Assembly (NCBI GenBank): GCA_040882225.1
Contig: JBBEBR010000011.1
Span: 7,576 to 71,575 of the forward strand
Origin: Balneolaceae bacterium
GTDB lineage: Bacteria; Bacteroidota; Rhodothermia; Balneolales; Balneolaceae
DNA length: 64,000 nt
Direction: 5' to 3'
The stretch's first letter is position 1; the number at the start of each line of letters is the position of its first letter. The translations under genes and the position numbers were made by a program. This document shows, in pieces, positions 9,768 to 18,114 of this stretch. The notes beneath the pieces are model-generated. The model was not told the origin of the DNA. It worked only from the letters and a program-made list of their open reading frames with translations, and ran no database searches.

Positions 9768-10664
9768 ATGAACATCCTCCTAACAGGCGCAACAGGTTTT
9801 ATTGGGGAAGAACTTCGGACTAAGTTTTTGAAGGAAGGCCACAACCTGGTAATCATTACCCGAAATCCTAAAAAGCATGAAGATGAAGCAGCTAAAAACC
9901 AACGCTTCATAGGCTGGGATGATGCTCTCGCCGCGGAAATGAATGAGGTGCATGCAGTTATCAATCTTGCTGGAGAAAATATTTTCGGGCAGCGCTGGAC
10001 TGAAAATGTGAAAAAGCGAATCCTGAACAGCCGTATTGAATCTACCCAAAAGTTAGTGGAAGCTATCGGGAAAGCGGAAAACAAACCGGCCGTTTTTATT
10101 TCGGCTTCCGGTTCCAATGTATATGGAGATCACGGGGATGAAATTTTGGATGAAGAGGCCGAATTAGGTAAAGGTTTTTTAGCGGAAGTTTGTAAGGAAT
10201 GGGAGGCAGAGGCTCAAAAAGCGACACAGTTTGGAGTACGCGTGGTAAATACGAGAATGGGAATTGTACTTGAAAAGGGCGGTGGAGCTTTGGCTCAAAT
10301 GCTTCCTCCATTTCAGTTTTTTGTGGGAGGACCTATCGGAAGCGGTAAACAGTATATGAGCTGGATTCACCGCACCGATCTTTGCGATGCGATTGAGTTT
10401 ATCATTCAAAATGAAGAAATAAGCGGTGTCTGCAATATGTGCTCTCCCGACTCTGTCACGATGAACGAATTTGCCCAAACCATGGGTGAAGTCTTGAATC
10501 GCCCTTCCATTTTTAGGGTGCCGGAATTTGCCTTGAATATTATTTTGGGCGAGGCGGCTACTCCAATCACCGAAAGTATACGGATGCAGCCGAAGAAACT
10601 ACAAATTGCCGGTTTCAATTTTCAGTATGAAGATCTTGAATTAGCACTTGCAGATATCATATGA
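9768..10664 (+). CDS. TIGR01777/YfcH-family NAD-dependent epimerase-like protein
   Basis: ILLTGATGFIG, INLAGENI..RWT...K..I..SR, CKEWE, GG.IGSGKQYMSWIH..D. Confidence 0.9.
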   Translation: MNILLTGATGFIGEELRTKFLKEGHNLVIITRNPKKHEDEAAKNQRFIGWDDALAAEMNEVHAVINLAGENIFGQRWTENVKKRILNSRIESTQKLVEAIGKAENKPAVFISASGSNVYGDHGDEILDEEAELGKGFLAEVCKEWEAEAQKATQFGVRVVNTRMGIVLEKGGGALAQMLPPFQFFVGGPIGSGKQYMSWIHRTDLCDAIEFIIQNEEISGVCNMCSPDSVTMNEFAQTMGEVLNRPSIFRVPEFALNIILGEAATPITESIRMQPKKLQIAGFNFQYEDLELALADII

Positions 10665-10672
10665 AAAGGAAA

Positions 10673-13309
10673 TTAATTCCGGCTTTTCATAATCGTCCAG
10701 CAACGTAAACCTTCCCGAGTTTGAGCGATTAGCTCTTTTTGCCCATCACCATTCAGATCGGTTATAATGGGGTATTTAATTCCAGAGGTTGGAATTCCAA
10801 ATAACCGTTGGTTGGTCAATATCTCCCAGGCATATAATCTTCCGAACTCGGCAAGTGCTAAAAGTTCTTGTTTTTGGTCAGAGTTGATATCTGTTAGAAA
10901 AGGAACCAAAGTATGTGATGCGGGCTGGCCGAGGCTTTGAGTAAAGCGCAATTCTCCCTGAGGATTGTATAAAAAGATGGAGCCATTGGCGCTTTGCGTG
11001 GTAATCAGGTCTTCTCGATAGAAATTCTCATCTCCTTTCAACAGTACATTCTCCTGTATAGAAACAGCGGAAAGTTCACTGCCCGCTACATATAATGATC
11101 TTACCGAAATTTCTGACTCGGAAATATTGGTTGCAACCGAATCATTAAAAAGTGGGGCTGTGCCAATAGAGTATAGATAGCCGTCAGCCGCGCTTCCCAA
11201 AACCTGATCTTTATAAAAAACCGGAGAACCCGTAAATGGCGCGTTGATAAACTGAGGATATTCGGGGCGCGTGGTTCCATTTCTTAGCCAACTGTGCAGG
11301 GTATTCTGTGAAAATGCCCAAATACTCCACCGTCCTTCAAGAAGCTCGAAGACCGGTTTTGCCGTTACGGTAGAGTTGGTGTTTTGGGGCCACCCTCTTA
11401 CATTTTCACCACGGCCGTCAAGTACATGAACTTTTCGGTCTTCCGTTGCAACCACAATTTCGGGAACACCATTGCGAAGCACATCGGTGACAAGAATGGG
11501 GGCCGATATCTTCTGTCCAATTTCGAGCGGGAATTTAGGCAACAGGTTTCCGCTGGAATTCCACGCAAATATCTGGCTGCCCGCCGCAAGTAAAATTACA
11601 GGTTGGCCATTTCCATACCAATCATACAGCACCGGGCCGCCCATTGGTTCTATTCCATTTGTAGAAGTTTGAGCGCTTATGGTGCCGTCAGAGGCGAGAA
11701 TCACAACACGGCCATCTGTTGTGGAGAAAACAATTTCGTTTGTGCTGCTGCCCACTAAATCACCCAAAACGGGTTCTCCGCTAAGATCGAAATCAGAAAG
11801 AGGTAAAACCCACAATTCTTCATAAGGAAGTGTGGAACCTTCTTTGGCATATGTATTTACCGAAAGATTAACCGCATTTTCTTCCGCGGTCATGGTGATG
11901 GAAGTAATATCAAAGCGATTAATCAAGCTTGTGGCAACATTGTCTGATTTTAGATATGGGCTTATGAATTTCATCAATTCGCCGGATGATGACCACACGA
12001 ATCCACTCATATCGGAAGGCAGCGTATTGCGAACATTCGAGTACGTTTCATCATAATAGATAACGCGGCGGCGGGTTCGGTCAGAATTCACGCTTTCGGC
12101 AAGGCCGCGCCGTTTTGCAATAACCACCACATTTCCTGAAAAGGAAAGATAAAAATCACCAAAAACAGAAAGTTCAGATCCAATAAGTTTGGAGATTACT
12201 GTACTGTTAATCTGGTAGGTGTTTTGAATTTTATAAATAAGATCTTGTTCAACTAACCTGTCTAAACGGCTTTGAAGAGCTCGCCTGTCTTTTAAAATCC
12301 GCATGAAAAGAAACTCGCCATTTGTTTGCAAACCAGATTCTGGAAAAGCCACAAAAGCAAATTCATTCCCTAAAGAAGCAGCCATTTGCTGGTAAAAATC
12401 GAGATCGGATAGTAAAAGTGAGTCCGTGTCACTTTGTTTTTCGCCCGGATCTACGGGGATGGAAACCGGAGGTAAATGAAAAATCGCAAAAGCTGCCGCA
12501 TTGCTTCCTATATGCCGATCGAGCGTAATAGGATTGTTTTCGTAGGAAAAAGCATCAGTTATAACAGATCGGTTTTCAGGCTCAAGCCCAATTCTTCCGG
12601 AGAACTGGATATTTTTTAGTGAATCGGAAGATGGTTCAAAAGTGAGAGAAACAGGTTTGGTGCCTTTAAGGCTGTTCATTACTGAAGGCCGGTGTTGGGT
12701 AGTAGCAAATTGCTCAATCCATTTATCAAAGTGGGGAGTATTTAGAACCAGGGTGCCTGGTTGAGGTTCCGACTCAAACTGTACACCTGCAAGTTCTCCA
12801 GTGTATGTTCGAAGCGCGTTCTCGAGGACAATACTGGATTCAGAAACAACCAGCCATTTGCCAACTTGTGCAGCAAAAACATCACTTTTATTGAAAAAAA
12901 GCTTATGGATGGTTAATCCTTTGAATTCATATTTATTTTGGGAAAATGGCTTGTAAAATTGTGGGGCCCAGTCATCAATTGCGGAACCCGGATGTTCCCC
13001 AATCCAAAGAAAGTGAGATTTCGTGGCCGTTGCAGGAGAAAGTACCAGCGCTTTCAAGTCTATAGAATTTGGGATTTCTAAATCCAATGTCGCTATTTGC
13101 TGAATGGCCGATGGAGTGAGGTCATCCAAATAAGAAGCATATTCTTTTGTGACGATATCACTTACCTTCATGTCTGTTTCCGGCATTATTATGAAGGACG
13201 AATTTTCATGGATCAAACTTGTCCACTCTTTATCAGATACAGGTGAACAGGCAGAAAGTAGCAAAATGAAAAAACACGTAATTAAGGCGGTAACTAAACG
13301 TTGCATCAA
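10673..13309 (-). CDS. Large predicted lipoprotein with C-terminal FG-GAP-like beta-propeller repeats
   Basis: Lipobox LLSAC; repeats GDLVGSSTNEIV, YDWYGNGQPVIL, TDVLRNGVPEIV, TDINSDQKQELL, TDLNGDGQKELI. Confidence 0.6.
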   Translation of the reverse strand: MMQRLVTALITCFFILLLSACSPVSDKEWTSLIHENSSFIIMPETDMKVSDIVTKEYASYLDDLTPSAIQQIATLDLEIPNSIDLKALVLSPATATKSHFLWIGEHPGSAIDDWAPQFYKPFSQNKYEFKGLTIHKLFFNKSDVFAAQVGKWLVVSESSIVLENALRTYTGELAGVQFESEPQPGTLVLNTPHFDKWIEQFATTQHRPSVMNSLKGTKPVSLTFEPSSDSLKNIQFSGRIGLEPENRSVITDAFSYENNPITLDRHIGSNAAAFAIFHLPPVSIPVDPGEKQSDTDSLLLSDLDFYQQMAASLGNEFAFVAFPESGLQTNGEFLFMRILKDRRALQSRLDRLVEQDLIYKIQNTYQINSTVISKLIGSELSVFGDFYLSFSGNVVVIAKRRGLAESVNSDRTRRRVIYYDETYSNVRNTLPSDMSGFVWSSSGELMKFISPYLKSDNVATSLINRFDITSITMTAEENAVNLSVNTYAKEGSTLPYEELWVLPLSDFDLSGEPVLGDLVGSSTNEIVFSTTDGRVVILASDGTISAQTSTNGIEPMGGPVLYDWYGNGQPVILLAAGSQIFAWNSSGNLLPKFPLEIGQKISAPILVTDVLRNGVPEIVVATEDRKVHVLDGRGENVRGWPQNTNSTVTAKPVFELLEGRWSIWAFSQNTLHSWLRNGTTRPEYPQFINAPFTGSPVFYKDQVLGSAADGYLYSIGTAPLFNDSVATNISESEISVRSLYVAGSELSAVSIQENVLLKGDENFYREDLITTQSANGSIFLYNPQGELRFTQSLGQPASHTLVPFLTDINSDQKQELLALAEFGRLYAWEILTNQRLFGIPTSGIKYPIITDLNGDGQKELIAQTREGLRCWTIMKSRN

Positions 13310-13417
13310 AGAGATTAAATGAGCTTTTTAAGAATGAATGAATTTGTATTGACTAATTCCGGGTTTGAGATAAAGTTCCGGTTTAATTTTTCTGAAGGTA
13401 ACATTTTTGAGCGCTAA

Positions 13418-15520
13418 ATGAGTTTTCTGAACCCTCTTTTTTTATTCGCACTGCTTGCTGTTGGTATTCCATTATTGATTCATTTGTTGAATTTACGAAA
13501 GCCTCAGAAAATTGCCTTTTCCACTCTGGCTTTTTTTCAGGAACTGAAAAATACCACCATAAAACGCATCAGGATTAAAAAATACCTGTTGCTTTTCCTG
13601 CGGCTGGCAGCCATCGTTTGTCTTGCACTGGTGCTGGCTCGCCCTTTTTTACCGCCGGGTTTGGCAGGAACAGGGAATAGTCAGGCACCTGCTCTTAACG
13701 CAATTTTACTGGACAATAGTATCAGCATGGGACGCATTGGCAGCGAAGGGCCACTTTTTGATTATGCCAAAAAAATAATCCATGATATTGAACAGGCTTC
13801 AAAAGAAGATGACCGCTTTGTTTTGCAGGTAACAAACGGAATGGCGGAGCACAGCAGCATTTTGAACCGCGCGAACCTGGAGAAAACGTTATCAGAACTG
13901 GAAATCTCCCCAACCGGAAACTTTACCGGGAACCGGCTTAAGTCCGTTATCGAAATGGTGGATGAAGCTCCTTACGCTAATAAAAAGATCTTCATTCTCT
14001 CGGATGGACAAAGCAGTCAGTTCAAAAATTTGCCGGATGTTGATGATGAAAACATCATATTCACTTTCATAGATGTTGGCGATGTAGAGGCTCAAAATAC
14101 GGTGGTTGAAGGTATCAGCACATCCACAAACATGATTGGAACCAATATTCCTTTTACTATGAATGTGGAAATTGTGAACCGGGGAGAAGTACACGCCGTC
14201 AATCAATTTGTATCGCTTCAGTTTGAAGATGAACCGGCCGGACAATATTCGGTTTCGCTACAACCGGGAGAAAGAAAAACATTCTCCTTTGAAGTGAATC
14301 CGTCAAAAACGGGATCATCAAAAGGATATGTGATAATTGAAGGCGATGAATTTCAGGCTGATAACGAATATTACTTCACTGTTCAGGTGCCAAAAACCCG
14401 AAATATTCTCTGGATAAAAGAAGACGCTCCCACTACAGATTTAATTTCGTATACGGGAGCCATGTTAAGAGCGGCGGGTGAAAATGACGCGCAGCTTTCC
14501 TACGAAGAAGCCTCTCCAAATGTGTTAGAAACAGCAAACCTCGAAGATTACGATGCGGTAATTTTAGATGGGCTGGAAGATATCCCGGACTACGCTTTTC
14601 AGGCTTTGCAAAGATTTGTACAAAATGGCAGCGGATTGGTTTTCTTTCCATCTGAAAAAGGGAACCTGAGTAACTACAACAGTTTTCTTTCCCAGTTTAA
14701 CGCCGGGCGATTTGTTGGCTTGCAAGGTGAATATTCATCATTCAATTCTATCGCCACAGCCGATGAGCTCCTTGAAGATCATCCCGCTTTCTCTGGTTTA
14801 TTTGAAAGGGAAGAAAGAGAAGAACTCCGTTTTACCAGCCCGAATATCTACTATTACCTGAAGCTGAATCCCAGTAGTTCAGGAACAGGATTTGATTTGC
14901 TTGGCCTGAACAACGGCGATGTTCTGATTCACGAAAAAAAGTTTGGGGAAGGCAACTTATTGATCTCCGCTATTGGCAATGATCCAGGCTGGTCTAATTT
15001 TCCGGTGAAGCCTTTATTCGCTCCTTTTTATTACCGTATGATGTTATTCGCAGCTTCCTCGGATGAAGGTGGCTTTTTAAATCACGAACTGGGAAATCCA
15101 TTTCGATGGTCGGGCAATATTGACGCCGAAAAAGCCGTAATAAGAATTGATGACGATGAAATTAAACCTACGGTGAATGTAGTTTCATCTGGTATTCAGG
15201 TTACTTATTCTGCCGAGGAATGGCAGCCCGGCTGGGTCACAATCACTGACGAAAATGAAGAGCATGTGTTGTCATCAAATCTTGAAAGAAGTGAATCTGA
15301 TTTTACCGAGATTTCAGGAAGTGCACTTGAGTCGTTGTTGAAAGAAAATAAAATATCTATTGTTGATGCAGCACGTTTAGGCAATGCAGAACTTCAAAAT
15401 CAAATACAGTCATCTGGTTTTGGCAGGGAAATCTGGCATTGGTTTTTGTTAGCAGGTTTACTTTTTTTAATTGCGGAAACATTGATATCTACATTATATA
15501 AAACGGAAGCAGTACAATAA
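13418..15520 (+). CDS. BatA-domain / vWA membrane protein
   Basis: MSFLNPLFL...IPLLIHL...RLAAIVCLALVLARP N-terminus; MIDAS-like LLDNSISM and ILSDGQ; C-terminal EIWHW + TM. Confidence 0.85.
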   Translation: MSFLNPLFLFALLAVGIPLLIHLLNLRKPQKIAFSTLAFFQELKNTTIKRIRIKKYLLLFLRLAAIVCLALVLARPFLPPGLAGTGNSQAPALNAILLDNSISMGRIGSEGPLFDYAKKIIHDIEQASKEDDRFVLQVTNGMAEHSSILNRANLEKTLSELEISPTGNFTGNRLKSVIEMVDEAPYANKKIFILSDGQSSQFKNLPDVDDENIIFTFIDVGDVEAQNTVVEGISTSTNMIGTNIPFTMNVEIVNRGEVHAVNQFVSLQFEDEPAGQYSVSLQPGERKTFSFEVNPSKTGSSKGYVIIEGDEFQADNEYYFTVQVPKTRNILWIKEDAPTTDLISYTGAMLRAAGENDAQLSYEEASPNVLETANLEDYDAVILDGLEDIPDYAFQALQRFVQNGSGLVFFPSEKGNLSNYNSFLSQFNAGRFVGLQGEYSSFNSIATADELLEDHPAFSGLFEREEREELRFTSPNIYYYLKLNPSSSGTGFDLLGLNNGDVLIHEKKFGEGNLLISAIGNDPGWSNFPVKPLFAPFYYRMMLFAASSDEGGFLNHELGNPFRWSGNIDAEKAVIRIDDDEIKPTVNVVSSGIQVTYSAEEWQPGWVTITDENEEHVLSSNLERSESDFTEISGSALESLLKENKISIVDAARLGNAELQNQIQSSGFGREIWHWFLLAGLLFLIAETLISTLYKTEAVQ

Positions 15521-15521
15521 G

Positions 15522-16106
15522 ATGGAGCAGGTTTTAGCCATATTTTTTCAGGGAGTGATTGTGCTTTTTACAATCGCGTCCACACTTCTCGCGGGTTATT
15601 CCGTTCAGAATAAATTACGTCTCAGAAATGTGCGCCTGAGCTGGCGTTCTGGAAAAATGAATGGTTACCCGCTTTTTGCCACGGTTTTTTTAGGACTGAT
15701 TGTGATTCTCTCCGCATTCGTTTTTTATACGGAAGACACTCCCCGATACCCTGTCTTTTTCGCATATATGTGGATAAGTGGCATGTGGTTTGTCTCAAGT
15801 TATTTAGCGTCGAAGTACTACATCACTGATTATGGCATTGTGAAAAACATCAACGAACCCTCACAAACCATTCCCTGGTTTCAGATTCTTGACTATGTTG
15901 AGAAGCAGGAGGAAAATGGAACAAAATATGTCTTCACATATTCAGAGATGAACAAAAGTTTAACGAAAGGCTATAATCAACTTAAGTTGTTTGTACCAGA
16001 GGCCAAAAATAATGCAGTAAAAAAGATTGTATCTTTGAAGCTCAAAAACCGATTTGAAGGACAATCCGTACCGGATATCGACCTCAAGAGAATTCAAGAA
16101 GAATAA
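15522..16106 (+). CDS. Hypothetical membrane protein
   Basis: 194-aa ORF with three TM segments, tightly packed in an apparent operon. Confidence 0.6.
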   Translation: MEQVLAIFFQGVIVLFTIASTLLAGYSVQNKLRLRNVRLSWRSGKMNGYPLFATVFLGLIVILSAFVFYTEDTPRYPVFFAYMWISGMWFVSSYLASKYYITDYGIVKNINEPSQTIPWFQILDYVEKQEENGTKYVFTYSEMNKSLTKGYNQLKLFVPEAKNNAVKKIVSLKLKNRFEGQSVPDIDLKRIQEE

Positions 16107-16119
16107 AAGGTAAAAACAT

Positions 16120-17409
16120 TTGTTAGACGACATAAAAAATTCTGATATAGAGCGAGAACGGGTAATTTTAGTAGGCTTGTATGGCCCGGAAATCACTCGA
16201 TTTCAGGCAGAGGAGTATTTAGACGAATTAGCATTGCTTGCACACACGGCGGGTGGAATTACGGTAGAAAAAGTGCTTCAAAATAAAACCCGCCCCGACG
16301 TTTCAACATATATCGGTAAAGGAAAGCTGAAAGAGTTGAAGCGTATTATGGAAGAGAATAAAATCGATACGGTTATTTTTGATGATGATCTTTCTCCCAC
16401 ACAAATTCGAAATATAGAAGCGGGAACTGATTCCAAAGTGCTCGATCGTAGCGCGTTAATTTTGGATATTTTTGCGGCACGCGCAAAAACTTCGGCTGCA
16501 AAAACACAGGTAGAACTGGCTCAGCTTCAGTATTTACTGCCCCGGTTAACCCGCTACTGGACTCACCTTTCCCGGCAATCAGGTGGTATTGGAACTAAAG
16601 GCCCCGGTGAAACTCAGATCGAAACTGACAGAAGGTTAATTGGCCGCAGAATTTCCGTACTGAAAGAAAAGCTTCAAAAACTCGATAAACAGAGAACTAC
16701 ACAACGCAAGGCACGCGAAGAAATGGTGCGTATTTCTTTAGTGGGATATACCAATGCGGGTAAATCAACATTGATGAATGCCTTTACAGAAACAGGCGTA
16801 TTGGCAGAAAACCTCTTGTTTGCGACCCTCGATTCAACCGTTCGCCGCCACGAGCTTGAAAACCATTCCGTGTTGTTATCCGACACTGTTGGCTTCATCA
16901 GAAAACTTCCACACAATTTAGTAGAGAGTTTCAAGTCTACGCTGGATGAGGTTCGCGAAGCCGATATTCTGCTCCACGTTGTGGATGCTTCCTCAGCCAT
17001 GGCTCATGAATATATTGAAGTTGTAGATTCCACTCTGGAAGAATTAGACGCAGTAAACAAAAAAACCATACTGGTTTTCAATAAAGTAGATCAAATGGAA
17101 GCCGATCAGGTTGCGGAAATGAAACGGGAATACCCTGATGCAGTGTTTGTATCAGCTGAACGCGGTATTGGTTTGTCCGAGTTAGAAAAGGAAATCGAAG
17201 AAATGATTGAGCTTGAATATGCGCTTCATACTATTAAAATTCCGGTTTCAAAATACAAGGCAGTTGCTTTTATTCATGAGAATGCGACTGTTGAAAAAGA
17301 ATCATATAAAGGCACGGATGTAAAACTGACTTTCAGCATGGCTAAAAAAGATTTTCAGCAACTATCACATTTGTTAGATACTATTAGTACAAACGGAGAA
17401 ATAGCTTAA
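16120..17409 (+). CDS. hflX: Ribosome-splitting GTPase HflX
   Basis: QVELAQLQYLLPRL, GIGTKGPGETQIETDRR, GYTNAGKSTLMN, LFATLD, DTVGFI, NKVD. Confidence 0.97.
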   Translation: MLDDIKNSDIERERVILVGLYGPEITRFQAEEYLDELALLAHTAGGITVEKVLQNKTRPDVSTYIGKGKLKELKRIMEENKIDTVIFDDDLSPTQIRNIEAGTDSKVLDRSALILDIFAARAKTSAAKTQVELAQLQYLLPRLTRYWTHLSRQSGGIGTKGPGETQIETDRRLIGRRISVLKEKLQKLDKQRTTQRKAREEMVRISLVGYTNAGKSTLMNAFTETGVLAENLLFATLDSTVRRHELENHSVLLSDTVGFIRKLPHNLVESFKSTLDEVREADILLHVVDASSAMAHEYIEVVDSTLEELDAVNKKTILVFNKVDQMEADQVAEMKREYPDAVFVSAERGIGLSELEKEIEEMIELEYALHTIKIPVSKYKAVAFIHENATVEKESYKGTDVKLTFSMAKKDFQQLSHLLDTISTNGEIA

Positions 17410-17412
17410 CCT

Positions 17413-18078
17413 ATGTTAGTAAAAGATATTTTAAATACCGAAATCTCCCCACTGAAATTGGATGATACTGTAGCTGTTGCACTCAGCAAAATGAATGCGT
17501 TACGTCTCACAAAATTCGGTGTTGTAGACTCCCACAACAGGCTGGTTGGCATGATTTCTTTAGCCAAACTTGTGGAAGTGGTAGATGTGCACACTCCACT
17601 TTCAGAAATAGAATTAAGCGATCCCATACATGTGCTTTTTAATCAACATTTATTTGAAGTTGCCCGAATGATGGTTGCAAAGGAATTATTTGTACTTCCT
17701 GTAGTGGATGGGGAAATGATTTTCCAGGGAGTGGTAAGAAAAAGGGAGCTTTTAATGGAATTGAGCGACGCTTTCAATCTCTCTTCTTTTGGATCGGTGA
17801 TAACTGTAGAATTAGGGCAGGCCGATTTTATGCTAAGCGATCTGGTGCGGATTATTGAAGCGGAAGGCGCCAAAATTCTTGGTGTCGCCGTTCAGCAGCC
17901 TAATGCTAACAATTCCTTTTACCGGATTTCATTCAAACTGAATTTAAACGACTCCTCTGTGGTAAGCGCGGGTTTAAGACGTTTCGGATATATAGTGACG
18001 TCCGAAGCCAACAGCGAAGCTCTGGAAGGAGATTATTCTGATCGCGCCGACGAACTTATTCGCTATCTCGACATATAA
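17413..18078 (+). CDS. CBS-domain protein with ACT-like C-terminus
   Basis: Two CBS-like repeats (VVD...LVGMIS; LPVVD...QGVV) then LSDLVRIIEAEGAKILG. Confidence 0.8.
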   Translation: MLVKDILNTEISPLKLDDTVAVALSKMNALRLTKFGVVDSHNRLVGMISLAKLVEVVDVHTPLSEIELSDPIHVLFNQHLFEVARMMVAKELFVLPVVDGEMIFQGVVRKRELLMELSDAFNLSSFGSVITVELGQADFMLSDLVRIIEAEGAKILGVAVQQPNANNSFYRISFKLNLNDSSVVSAGLRRFGYIVTSEANSEALEGDYSDRADELIRYLDI

Positions 18079-18114
18079 GAGTAAAAATTAACATCATCTT
18101 TTTGCCTGCGCTAT

